A DNA stretch of 49,933 bases, counting the filler, from Trypethelium eluteriae (taxonomy: Eukaryota), in assembly GCA_051942245.1 (NCBI GenBank). It is 2 parts of 2 records of this genome, joined end to end, with 100 filler letters (N's around TTAATTAATTAA, not from the genome) between each part and the next. Parts side by side here need not be neighbours in the genome. Positions count along the whole stretch, not along the records: positions 1 to 24,928 come from JAVECL010000388.1; 1 more part is not named here. One strand, written 5' to 3'. Below are positions 1 through 12,238 of this stretch, one piece after another. Position 1 is the first letter of the stretch. Every line of letters begins with the position of its first letter. Position numbers and translations under genes: made by a program. The notes below the pieces were generated by a model that did no database searches, had not been told where the DNA came from, and worked only from the letters and a program-made list of their open reading frames with translations.

Positions 1-10
1 GAGAGCTTAC

Positions 11-50
11 TTTTGGGGAGGCGGGGCAGCTTTGGGGGTTGCGAGGTCAT
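11..50 (-). CDS. Probable first exon of a gene running off the left edge (MTSQPPKLPRLPK...)
   Basis: The minus strand reads cttaccATG ACC TCG CAA CCC CCA AAG CTG CCC CGC CTC CCC AAA A, followed directly by a GTAAGC splice donor. The leader is pyrimidine-rich. Too short to identify the product. Confidence 0.4.
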
Positions 51-581
51 GGTAAGGTACTTCAGAGGGTGGGAAATTTGGGTTGGTGGGCTGGGTATTT
101 GAGTACCTAAGATAGGAGAAAGGTGTAATTTACATGATTAAGTGGCTACCGTAATCCGTACCAGTACGCACGCTACGGAAAGTGGGGACGCGCTTTGACG
201 CGGTGACGCGATGCTTTACGGGACCGAGAGTGCGAGGAACGGGCCGGCGCAAGGTCCTCTGGCTTGCCAGACTTCGGTTCAAAAAAAAGTACCTTAAGCA
301 AGCTAAACCCATCATAGCACTCCTTAAATGCCCAAGGCAGTTATGTTCTGTAGCTCCCCCTTTGACTTGTAGCCCTCAAAAGAGAATGTTCAAGATTATT
401 CCTAAATACCACGACCAGTTTACATGTATTATTTATTGAGACCTAGTCGCCCATCGAAGCTACCTCCTCTGCGCTAGTATTCTTCATAAATCGGCATTTC
501 ATCTCGGGTCATTAGCGTGAAGCATTCGGCTTGTGACTGTACAGGTGAAGGTATTTCACAACCAGCTTTAAATTGGTCACT

Positions 582-3264
582 TTACCAATGAGCAGGTCCG
601 AAGATCTGACCGGAGGCTACAGTCTTTTGGACTGCTGTATCCTGGTTATCCTGTTCGATGCGAACGAATTAGCCGTTGTTAAGAAAATCGAAGTAGATTT
701 TCATGCTTCGCTGACTTACCATGGTTGTTGATACGACATTATTGCCCCACCAACTCGGCGGGTTGACTTGAGGTAACAATAGCGCAAAAAATATGATAAT
801 GGTGCTCAATGCTAATCCCGAGTCAAGAGCTGCACTTGTGATGTAGTTGTATTTCAGCCACCATCCTTTCCTGTAGGTTCTAATCAGCTTGTTGAAGATG
901 AAGCCGACCATTCCCCAAGACAGATAGATAAGAGGCGTAGCTGGCGGAATGTAGTTCAGTGCTCCAAGCATAACGGGTGCAGATAGGTAGCGAGCGGGGG
1001 ACGCGGGAAACCTCTTCGCAAGCGTATAGAATACAATAGGAAGAATTGCACCAATGAGCCAGTACCTGTTCGTGAATTTTGTTAACGATATTCAGGCTGA
1101 AACTGGGGACCGGGCCGACTTACCATTGGAGGTTGGCATAGATCGAGCCAGGGGAAAAGATCCGTTGAGGACCGATCAGACCCCAGATAATACTAGCATT
1201 GAAAAACACTCGACCATTTGGACACGAGAATCTTCCACTTTGATGTTGATCGCAAATGTTTTTGATCGCGCCAAAAGCCCACTGTAGAACCGAGATTTGG
1301 ACGACAGAGCCCCATGCACATGCAATTCCTTGGGCCCAGAACAGAGTTCGTGGTGGCACTTTCATGTAATGACCAAGTTTGAGATCTTGTGTATAGATCA
1401 AGCCTTGGTACATAGTGATGTAGCCAAAAGTTTTGAAACACATCATTGCAATGGGCCGGCCTGGAAGCATATAGCCGATCAGGAACTCGGTGAACACATT
1501 CAATCCAATTTGAATGTTCGTAATGGCTTGGACCATGCCAATTGGAATGAACCATGCTGCAGAAATGAGGATCGCGATAATAAATGCCCACCACGTCAGT
1601 CCTGTTTCGTAGCCAAGGGTGACTCCCATCCCGACCCCGAACATGATCAGGAAGAAACCGCCAAACCACCAGTCTGGAGCCTCCTTGTAGCGCTTCATGA
1701 GTTTCATATGGATATCATCCTCCTGGGAACGAGAAGCCTTTGCACGATACCATATTTCGTAGCGATGGAAGAGGAAGGTGTGGAAGATCAGAGCAACAAT
1801 TGTAGCAAAGCTGATACCGTAGCAGAGCGCGAATGTTGTTGACAGGAAGAGCGGAGAATAGTTTTGATACGCTGCGAGATCCAACCTAAAGTCAGGCGTC
1901 AAAATCTTATGAACATCGTATGTCGATCCAGTGTTATCGTAGCTATTCGAATCGCTCATTGGAAGGTACTCTGAGTACCAGGCACCAGTATAGTGGATAC
2001 CAAGGGCAGACAGGATTATGAAGACGAAGAGGCCGATAAGCGTGTTTGCTATGGCGTGCCAAGGGGGAATTAGGGGACTGTAAATATATGCTGTAACGTA
2101 GGTCCAGTCGAAGGTGATAGGAATCAGCGAAAGGCCGCTTGTGCCACCAAAGACCTGATTGATTACGGGGCTGTTTGGCTTAATCCAGGTCACGAAGGCA
2201 AAGATACTAAGGCCTTGCCAGATGAAGCCAGGGAACCAGTACCATACGAAAGCTCCACACAGGACATACACAAACCAGCGGTAACGCGAGATATTCCATA
2301 CACCCGTCTCTGCGATGTCAGTCCTCTTGCCGTGCAGAGTGTAGAATAGCACGCAGTTCGGAAGAATGAATGGCCAGATCATTGCAGCGGGATAGACGAG
2401 GAAGCGCCGGAACATTCCTGCCAGACCGAAACCGATCATCTATAAAGATCAAATCAGTTGATATTGCAACAGGACCCAAGAGAGGTGGGTAAGGGAGATT
2501 ACGGACTTGGGTTGCCAGGGTAAAGAGGAGATTGAACCCCCATCCCAAGTTGATCTTGTAGAAGCCAAGAAGCGCTTCGATAGTATCAGTGCTGTAAGCT
2601 GGGCCTACCCCGAACGATATATTGGCCATGATGGTGATGAGCGTGTGTTCTTTCATATTGAATGGCCCAGGGTTCAGTGACCACCTCAGCCCGAAAGTGT
2701 TGAACTGTCTCGTAGGCATGAATTTTGCCCAAGCGACGCCAACAGGGTATGAGACCAATTGCGCGACACTGCCATGCCGTTATCGAGAGACACCGGGATA
2801 TGTGAAGATAAGACTTACATCGAAGTGATTGTAATCTGAGGATTTCTCAGAGAGAATAGCATATTCAATGCGCTTCCAATGGTAGTGAACAGTAGTCCAA
2901 GGACCCAGGCGCGCACAGTATTTGCTGGTACATCTTCATCCACATTGCGGACGGCTGATGCAACTTCAGGGTATGGTGAATTCTCCTCGAGTTCCTGATC
3001 AATCTGAACTTCGGCTTCGACATCATGCGATTTGACTGCATTCTCGATGGCATCCCGCTTGGAGCTCTCGAGGTTGAAGTCCCATTGATGGAGCTTCTTG
3101 AACTTCTTCAGATCCTTCTCAGCTTCGACCGGGTTTGCGGTGGTGGTAGCTCCTGTCTTGTCATCGCTAGTCATCTCAATGGACTCCGGTGAAGAAGAGC
3201 TGTTGCCTTGCACTGCGTCAGTATCACGACGTGACACGGGCCACGGACGTCGGATGCTTGGCAT
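582..3264 (-). CDS. OPT-family oligopeptide transporter, 5 exons (introns 2769-2818, 2440-2506, 1066-1123, 651-719)
   Basis: Family motifs SPYPEVASAV, NPGPFNMKEH, DLKLGHYMKVPPR, FFNASIIWGLIGP and YNYITSAALDSG, plus many TM segments. GT-AG introns join the ORF pieces in frame, ending ...FGPAHW*. An upstream in-frame start is possible. Confidence 0.95.
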
Positions 3265-4219
3265 TTTCGCGGTCTCTTCCCTCTGCCAGAGTCGCTTCCG
3301 TTGTACCGCAAGAGAAACTCCAGGATATGCGGGGTTGGAGCGCAAGTTGCATTTATATGGATAATTTTCCGTAGATAAGGGGATCCCCGGTCACACATGC
3401 TGTTTCCTGTTTGGGCGGCAGACTGTGTTCGGCAGATGCCATCATGGATCCGCTCATATCTGCAGAATGAAGTCACGTTCTAGAATTCTTATCTGTGGAT
3501 CTGAGATTTGATCACCGTGACACGGGGAAACCGAAGGCATGAAAACTGTCAGTGCTGCGTACTATGCCGAGACGGCTCCTCAGAAGGCAGGTCGCTTGCC
3601 ATCTGAGGGGTATGCCACCATTTGGTAGGTGATAGGTACTTGAAGTTCCTCTCCAATTGGGTCATGGTGGCCTTGGGGATCAGGCTAGCTTGTTTTTAGA
3701 TAACGCCCGGCCGCCCGCAAAAGATACAGTGATTAGCGGAGAATATACAGGGATCGAAGAAGCAAGCCATTGAACAAGAATTGAAGCCGTTGAGGATATC
3801 GAACATGATGAAATATCAAGAGATGAAATTTTATTGTACACTACCTCTTTGGAATGTGCTGATCCCAAATAATCTCGCAAGGACGGAGAATGCCATGATA
3901 AGGGTCGAACGGGCCTTAGTTCAAAATACATACCTGCTCATGGGTGACGGTCTTTTGCCTTTGCTTGGATATTATTCTAAGGGAATATGAAACTTGGGAA
4001 CGGCTATGGAGACGATATATATATACATATTCACAAATGAGTCAGAATCTAGTCGGCCTGATGACAACATCGCCCGCTTTACTCTGTACAGTTACGGGCT
4101 GTCAGCTCGCTTGGCGCTCCCTCGCGCCCCCAGAAAAACGAATGCGCCTCTGATCAACGACTACATTTGACAACCCGTAACCGTTCCTAACTACATGCAA
4201 CATTTCGCCAAAGCCATCT

Positions 4220-4927
4220 ATGAGACTTTCGCATTTTGCGATACCAGGAGTCTCGAAATACCAAGATGTCGCCTCTATCCAAGACCGCCTAGTCTCCCGC
4301 CTTCTGGCGTACAAAGCACATCCACGTCCACCTCAGTCCGAGCCTCCCCGCCCCACCATTATGACAGCCCAATTTCACCCTGTATATACATATGGTCGCC
4401 GCGACATTGGTTCTGTTTCAGAAGAACAACTGAAATATCTACGTGATGGAGGGAGAGCGGACTTTGTGGAAGCCTTGCGTGGAGGACAGACAACTTTCCA
4501 CGGACCAGGACAATTAGTGGCGTATCCGATCATTGACCTGAAGCGTCATGGCATCTCCCCTCGGGACTATGTCTGTCTGCTTGAGCGCAGTGTCATTGCC
4601 ACATGTGCACGATATGGTATCAAAGGGATGACAACCGAGAATCCAGGAGTCTGGACGACACCTGAGAAAAAAATTGCAGCATTGGGTATCCATCTTAGGA
4701 GGCACGTCACGAGTCACGGCATTGGCTTGAATGTGTGTACAGACTTGTGGTGGTTCGAACGAATTGTAGCGTGTGGACTGGAGGGAAAGAAGACGACTAG
4801 CCTTGAGGCAGAGGGTGTGAGGGGAGGAATTGTAGAAGAGGTTGGTCGAGCCTTCGTGGAGGAGATGGCATCGAGGCTGGAGATTGAAAAGATAGTTCCA
4901 GCTGTTGAGAAAGATCTTGAAATTTAA
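4220..4927 (+). CDS. LIP2: Mitochondrial octanoyltransferase / lipoate-protein ligase B (LipB family)
   Basis: Single exon of 235 aa with LipB motifs HPVYTYGRR, RGGQTTFHGPGQLVAYPI, KIAALG, TSHGIGLNV and IVACGL. Confidence 0.95.
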   Translation: MRLSHFAIPGVSKYQDVASIQDRLVSRLLAYKAHPRPPQSEPPRPTIMTAQFHPVYTYGRRDIGSVSEEQLKYLRDGGRADFVEALRGGQTTFHGPGQLVAYPIIDLKRHGISPRDYVCLLERSVIATCARYGIKGMTTENPGVWTTPEKKIAALGIHLRRHVTSHGIGLNVCTDLWWFERIVACGLEGKKTTSLEAEGVRGGIVEEVGRAFVEEMASRLEIEKIVPAVEKDLEI

Positions 4928-5084
4928 GGCAAGCCGAGGGCCATGCTGATAAGAACACAATGCTTGAAGCTGTCATGCAGATAGCTCTATCTAATCACCG
5001 AATTTTGCGAATTGGCTTGTGTTGGATGCTCGATCTTTCCTTCAATCGTCAGTGCCCTCGTGGTATCAAACTTATATTTTTCAA

Positions 5085-5628
5085 TCAGTAGTCGTCTTTG
5101 CCCCATTTGTTGTACTTGTCGTGTAACTCCTGTCATCATTTCAGCCCAGTCAGAGAGAAAAGGGAAGGGTAAGTAGCATACCTTTGGCAAGGTAACATTT
5201 GGAATAATGACGGTGTTGAGGGCACTGGGAGCCTCTTTCTTTCCCGCACTTGTATCTCCACCTGGATGGTATTGGTATTTGCCTGAGCCTCCAGTATTCC
5301 ATGGCTCACTGCCAGGAACCTTAGGAACTGGATTTTCCGAGATGGCAGAAGTTGGTTTTGTGGAGAAGTAGTAGCCTGCGCCTGCGAATGCACAAGTCAT
5401 GATGAAACCAAGAGTCTAGTGTCAGAAATTGTCAGTCGGAAAAGAGCTACAAGATTTTACCACGGCGTTCAAGCTTACGTAGAGCTCTGGATCTCTCCTC
5501 GCACCTTTAGAGAGCGCACTCGCGCCCTCTGCTGCACTCGCATCGGCAGCGCCGGTACCAGCATTGGGGCCTGCTGCCCGAAGAGAACGAGTCGCTCTGA
5601 AAGCTGTTCGGCCGACGATAGAGGACAT
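5085..5628 (-). CDS. Small (142 aa) single-pass membrane protein with an Arg-rich, mitochondrial-like N-terminus; 3 exons (introns 5416-5478, 5130-5181)
   Basis: Spliced product MSSIVGRTAFRATRSLRAA...RRDPELY|TLGFIMTCAFAGAGYYF...KYQYHPGGD...NVTLPK|ELHDKYNKWGKDDY*. Donors GTAAGC/GTATGC and acceptors TAG/CAG are canonical and keep the frame. Confidence 0.85.
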
Positions 5629-6126
5629 GGTGTGGGCGGGGAAGAGCAATAAAGTTGGTGACGAAAGTTGCTACGGAGGTACAGAGACACTAGGGTGAGA
5701 GGTGCTGCGGGTTGAGGCTCGCCACGATGAGATCAGCATTTGCAGGGCCCATTCAAGGAATGGCGGCCTGCAATATCACGCCAGTCACCTCAGTGGCTCT
5801 GGAAACAAACGGATCCCGACCATTTAACTTACAGACTATATGCCCCTGATGATGCTGGTATCCGGTCTCTTGCAATTCGACCCTCCCTTCCGCTGCGAAA
5901 CCTGTACCATAATCTTTCATGCCTTTGCAAAGACTCCTTACAAATAATCTAATGTGTGACTAATTTCTCCCTGTTCCATTGCCTCCATTGCTTCTTCCGG
6001 CCGGGATCCCCAACCCGCATCTACATCTTCGGCCCATCCAGGAAACCCGCTTCCAGAATCACTGGTTTCAGGCCATGCGTCAGTCACATTGCAGGCTAGG
6101 AGGTACAACATCACACAATCTACCCA

Positions 6127-8283
6127 ATGGCGAGCCCATCTCGCACCAGTCCTCCTCCGACGCCCCCCTCCAATTCGTTTCCAGTTCCGCCTGTACCTGC
6201 TGATGCGACCTCTGACGTGGTGGTAGCCCCGAGTGTTATTTCTTCTCAAATGTCCGACACTGGACGAGCTGGCGAAAATCATGCTGACGGAAGACCGCGT
6301 ACCTCTTCAGCCGGCGAAACTCGTGGCACCGTACCTGGGATAACCGGTCCTGCTGGCGAACCGGGACTTCCACCTTCACGTCCATCATCTCTTACGACCG
6401 GAGCATCCGGCAATCGAAGGTCTCAGATGGGTCCACCGTCATCGCGAAGGGGCATGCTTCCCTCCCAAGCACTTCCGCGACCACTGAGCACGAGCGGTAG
6501 TACGTCGAGACCTGTCAGTTCAACAAGTCGGACTCATGTGCCGTCGCTCACGTCACACGCATTTTACCGACCCATGAGCTCCCAGAGGCTACAGGCACAA
6601 AGGGGTCAACGCCCGACATCGTTACTAGGCGAGAATGCACTTCGCCACGATGAACAGAGCAACCCAGCGCTCCTTCCTGGAAACAGACAAAGTTTTGGCT
6701 CATTTACAACAACAGATAACACACCTGGTGTTCGCCTGGAGAAGGATGAGCCACCGCCTCCGTCCAGAGGTACAGACACCAACGAACTCGATCCACCCGA
6801 TTGGTCGACGATGCCCAGTGAACCTACGGCACCGGATACGATTAGGAGTAGAGGAGAGAGCGATGCACCACTACAAAGCCCCGCCAAGAAGACATCTGAA
6901 CAACTTAAACTCCAAACCAGTCAAAGAGACTATGCAACCATCAATGCGTCTGCCCAAAAGTCTCCACGATCCTTCAGATCCAGTTTCATATTGCAGAACA
7001 TGAACAATTCCTCCGGAGCGAGAAGATCGCAGGGACACGAAAAGCTCAGCTCTACCGTCTCGTCGCCTCGGATGTCGCCACAAGAACGACACAATCCGGG
7101 AAAGGAGAATGACTTAGGCAAGAATTGGGAATACTTTACTGGCAATACTATATTTTGTTGGGGTGGTAGGTTGCAGAACAGCAGAGACAGACCGGTCAAT
7201 ATCATCACGGGCATTCTGGCAGTGCTCCCGGCGGCATTATTTCTCGCCTACTCGTAAGTCCCGAAACTTTTGACGGCAGTGTCTACGTTCGGTGCATGTT
7301 AAGGCTGACGATCCTAGGGCGCCATGGATATGGCATAATATATCACCGGCAATTCCCATTGTTTTTGCGTATATCTTTCTAATGTGTATGTCTTCGTATT
7401 TTCATGCCTCCGTTACGAATCCTGGAGTAAGTCTTCCCCTTAGTGTCTCGGTTACCTTCGATGCTAATCTACGAATTAGATACTACCTCGTAATCTACAC
7501 CCCTTCCCACCTCCTCCAGAGAACTCGGATCCTCTTGCTCTCGGGCCTCCCACAAGCGAATGGATTCTGGTCTCGTCTGCCTACAAAAAGGATGCCGCCA
7601 TGGAAGTCCCCACAAAATATTGCAAGACTTGCAATATCTGGAGACCACCAAGGACCCATCACTGTCGAGTTTGTGACAACTGCATCGAAACGCAGGACCA
7701 TCATTGTCTTTGGCTCAACAATTGCATTGGTCGTCGGAATTATCGCTACTTCTTCGGTTTCATTACCACAGCCATGCTCCTTGGCCTTTTCATCCTAGGT
7801 GGCAGCCTTGCACAGATTCTAGTTTACATGAACCGTGAAAATATTTCGTTTACAGATTCAATCAATCGCTGGCGTGTGCCGTTCGCCATGTTTATTTACT
7901 CGGTTCTGGTTACCCCCTATCCCACTGCGCTTTTCGCCTACCACAATTTTCTTATGGCTCAGGGCTTGACCACGCATGAGTATCTAAATTCCCTCAAGTT
8001 CCAGAAGAAGGACCGACATCGCCCGTTCGATCAAGGAAGTTATGTCAAGAACCTACTGATTGTCTTGTTGAGACAACGTCCACCAACTTACCTCCATTTC
8101 AAAAGGCACTATGAGGAGGGGGATCAGAGGTTTGGTGAGAGGCGAGGAAAGAGGACTACTGCGCTCAGTGAGGAGCAAAAGGGCGGAGGAATGGAGATGC
8201 AGAGGATTGGAGCCAAGTCGAAGAAAGAGAGGGGTTTTCAGGGGCCGAGTGGTCGAGGTCCGATTAACAGGACCCCGAGGTGA
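6127..8283 (+). CDS. ERF2: DHHC palmitoyltransferase, Erf2-like, with a long low-complexity N-terminus; introns 7254-7317 and 7427-7479
   Basis: Cys-rich DHHC domain KYCKTCNIWRPPRTHHCRVCDNCIETQDHHCLWLNNCIGRRNYRYF, TTHEYL motif, and the Erf2-type segment NWEYFTGNTIFCWGGR. Confidence 0.92.
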
Positions 8284-8794
8284 TTAACGACTTTATTTCT
8301 CCCACTCTGGCCAGACTCTTACAAAAGTCGCTGGAATCTATGATTGGGCTATTGATTTTGGATTTTTGTTCAGTAGCCGTTAGACTTTTGATACCCCTTA
8401 GAACTGTAATGAGAATACTTTGTGCAACAGCGTTAGCAGCGTAGCATAATCAAGTAATTTAAGCGTGCCTAAGTTGCAAGAAACAGGAATCAGGCAGTTT
8501 GCTCTGAGGTAAGTTGTAAAGCTGGAATGCGTTGTCATTACGATGCTGGAATTTGATTGGTTGGGCTTACTGCGTGTTGTTTATATGTTCTATCACATCA
8601 CTCCCTCCGCCGCGACCTCCATTCACCAGCACCACAAATTGAATTTTGTGCAGAACTTCAAAGCGCAGACCGACTCTGTTCGAACTTCGCCATTGCACCT
8701 CTGTTCGAAGAAAGATCCACCTCCTTTATAGCCGACACGATCATAACGCGTTTCCCACCACGTGCATCCATAAGACGTGGCTTTTAGGGCCAGG

Positions 8795-11700
8795 ATGGCC
8801 TCAAAAAACATGGTTCGCACGAACTCTAACGCGTCAGACTCTGACGAATCGAATTGCATTACAGTTGTTCCTCTCCAGGAAGACAATGGAAGCTCCACGA
8901 CTCTCACAGATCGAGTTCCTAAGCAGCGCTCGGAACCAAAGCCCAAAGCAATTGCACCAAAAAGGACAACATCTATGAGACGCACCTCGCGTTTTAAGGA
9001 AGAAGACACCAACGGTACTGGAAAACAAATCGGAACGGCAAGCCCAGCTAGGAATGTCTCAGGACAAACGTTGGTAGAAGGCGCCGCGGGACGAAGCCCA
9101 AATATTACTCAAAAAAATGTTCATAAGCTTGGCCTTGATTGGACTGTCGATACAATGCCCAGAGACACACTCGGCAAAATATCGGCCAAGAAATCCATTA
9201 AAAGTAATCGAACGGCTCGACTCAATAAAGCTGCTAAAGCAGCTGCAAATGCTGTTACTTCAGCAGCTTCTGTCTTAGGCAAGCGAGGCCGGGACGTGCT
9301 TGAGACAGGGAAAGAGAAGATCGAGAGACTTAGAAACACACACAGTGCTAGCCTACGACCACGAGTCTCGTCCACACCGAGCAATGAAGGTCTGGATCAT
9401 GCAGCCAAGAGGATAAAAACGGACAACTCCACAGGTTTTCGTGAGCCTGCTACCTGGCAGCTGAATGACCGGAACAAGCAACGCAAAATCGTACATCGCT
9501 ATTTGAAGCAAGGATTGTATGCGGGACAAGATCGATATTTCGATCCCCGCTTCAGTGAGAAGAAGAACAAGAAACGAAGTACTACCAAAGCTATAGTAAT
9601 GCCGGCCAAGGAGAACAAAACCCTTCCCATGCCAATGTTTGCTGGCGAGCGACTTTTGGAGAATGGGCGAGACTTCAAGCTACCGTTCTTCGTGTGCAAC
9701 CCGTTAATGTCTGGCCCGCCAAAAGCGGACGAATGGAAGAAAGTTAAGAGAAGTGAGTTTTCCTCCACCAAATTCTTGCTGCATTGACTGAGTTGGACTT
9801 TTAGATCGGTTTGTTGGTGATGCTGCTGATCATTGGCGTAAGCACAAGCTCCTGGCTTGTTCTCTATGTATGTGTACACCTGAAGAAGGCTGCGGTGAAA
9901 ATTGCCACAACGTAATGATGTACTACGAATGCGATGCGAGCAATTGCAACGTCGGACCTGAACATTGCCGGAATCGCAATTTTGCGGACTTGAAGGACCG
10001 TGTCAGGAAAGGCGGAAAGTTCAACATCGGAGTCGATGTGATGATGACGGCTAATAGAGGATGGGGTGTTAGAGCTAACAGAACATTTCGTCCGAATCAG
10101 ATCATCATGGAGTATGCTGGTGAGATCATCACGCAAGACGAGTGCGAGAACAGGATGAGGAATGAATACAAGGACAATAAGGTATGTTCTTTTCAGCTTC
10201 CCGTCAGCCAAGTCTATGAATTCACAGCTAATTTCAAAGCAGTGCTACTACCTCATGGAGTTTGAACAAGGCATGATCATCGATGCAACCCGCGGCTCCA
10301 TGGCCCGTTTCGTCAATCACTCCTGTGAGCCAAACTGCCGCATGGAGCAATGGAAAGTCAACGGAGAACCTCGCATGGCCCTCTTCGCTGGCGACGACGG
10401 CATCCTCGTCGGCGAAGAGCTCACCTACGACTACAACTTCGACCCCTTCTCCTCCCAAAATGTCCAGGAATGCCACTGCGGCGCTCCCTCCTGCCGCGGC
10501 GTCTTGGGTCCTCGAACCCGCGACGCTCCCAAACCCAAGAAGGGTTCCGCCGGCATTACCAACCCTTCCACCACCACGTCGACCACTAGGACCAGCGGAT
10601 CAAAGCGTAAGATGCCTGCCTCCTCCCTCAAGCGTACCGCCACCGCTGCTGCCGCTGCCGCCAACTCCAGCCTCGACACGGAAGACTTCGACCTCGACTC
10701 TTCTTCTATTTCTCCCCCCGCTAAGAAAGCCAAGACCCTCAAAGACGCCGCCCGCTCCGCCTTCGCCACCACCAAGTCAAACCTCGCTAACGCTCTTCAA
10801 GCTGCGGAGACGTCGCGCCGCTTGCAGCGCCAGAAACAGCAGGAGAAAGCCGATAAGGAGAATGACGCCCGTGCCGCGCGACTCGCACGGCGACGCTCTG
10901 GTGGTGGCGATCATGGCGACGACGCTGGCAGTAATGGCGGGGATGTTAATGGCGGTGATGCCAATGATGGTGATGCCAATGGTGGTGCTGGTGGCGACGT
11001 CGTGTCTTCGAGTCCTCGTGCCGCAAGATCTGCCTCCTTGTCTTCGTCGTCGTCCTCGTCGAGTGCAATTGAAACGCAAGCGTTGCTCACGAAGAAGAGC
11101 TCAGGGTCGAGCCTTGCAGTTGCAGTTTCTGCTTCCGCGAGGAGGAGTAAGAGTGGGAGTGAGAGTGGTGCAAAGCAGCGCCGGCATACCCTTGCCACGA
11201 CAACTGCAGCAACGGCGGTGAAGACGAAGAATATTCTGGGTCGGACGGCGCAGACGGTGAAGAGACGAGCGGATAGTGTGACGAAGGTGGTAGAGAAGAA
11301 ACAGAAGGTAACGGTGGCAAAGCAGCAAGCGGGAAAGGGCAGTCGTGGAGGGGTGGTGAAGAGCGCGTCGTCTCGGCGAGCTGCACAGCGGAAGAACAGT
11401 CTAGCTCGCGCGGTTGAGGCTGATGACGGATTTGGGGGGCTCGCGGATGGGCTGCCGTCGTCGTCAATGTCGTCGTCGTCGTCTGCTTCGTTGTCTACGA
11501 AGGATGGCAAGAGCGAGCCATCATCCTCGTCGTCGTTGCCTGCTGAGGATATGCCAGCAGCTAAGGAACTGAACTCGTACTCATTGGCGGTTGATGCCGT
11601 GGCAGAGCGGTACCTGCATCCGGATGACTTTGCCTGGTTGAAGAACCTCGTGGCTTCTCTCGGACCAGTTGATGCGCAGCAGCCAAAGGAGAAGAGTACC

Positions 11701-11847
11701 GGGGAGCAGGAGGATGGGAAAGAGACTGGACCTGCCTTCGAGAACAATGCGTTTGAACGGTTGTTTGCGGGGTCAAAGAGGGCTGAGATGAAGAGGAAGG
11801 AGAAGAAGGGAAAGAAGAAGGCGAAGGCGGTTCAACCAGGGGCGTGA
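8795..11847 (+). CDS. ASH1: ASH1-like histone H3K36 methyltransferase (AWS-SET-postSET); introns 9753-9804 and 10182-10242
   Basis: Segments YLKQGLYAGQ and LPMPMFAGERLLENGRDFKLPF are typical of fungal Ash1. Also present: AWS Cys cluster, RGWGVRA, EYAGEII, RFVNHSCEPN, ELTYDY and post-SET CHCGAPSCRG. The start is taken at the first in-frame ATG. Confidence 0.9.
10933..10992 (+). repeat. Four imperfect 15-nt coding repeats (NGGDV/NGGDA/NDGDA/NGGAG) in the ASH1 tail
   Basis: aatggcggggatgtt aatggcggtgatgcc aatgatggtgatgcc aatggtggtgctggt. Confidence 0.8.
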
Positions 11848-12238
11848 GGATGGAAGGTCGGTGCTGGTGTTTGTTGGAAAGGATTAGGAGGTTGGTTGAA
11901 GGTTTGCTCTGAATATCCGTTGAACGAATGTGTCGTTGGAGGGACCGGAAATGGTGTTTAAACTTGCTTGATACATTGCATATGGATATTGAATGGCTGA
12001 TCGGTTTGCTGGTGGACATTTTGGTGCGAATTGGTGTGACATATCTTTATCTGATGGACTGCTTCATGGGCGGGGGAGCCTGTTGAACTTATTCTTCAAC
12101 TACTAGGGAGAGGGCCTACAGGCTGGCAATCTTCAGCGAACTGTCACAGCTTGAACATATTTTTGGGATTTGTCCTTGACATTCTTCATGCTCTCGTGAA
12201 TGTATTTTGCAGGCCCTGGGGGGAATACTGGCAGACGC

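Noticed and set aside
1297..1842. Antisense and alternate-frame ORFs over OPT, and similar ones over MFS, LMBR1 (25262..25897), NCS1 and PTH11
   Set aside because: Fully explained by the coding strand of the recognised genes.
10283..11747. Long overlapping ORFs (10283..11221 +, 10911..11747 -) over ASH1
   Set aside because: Shadow frames caused by GC-rich, skewed, low-complexity codons; no independent gene signals.
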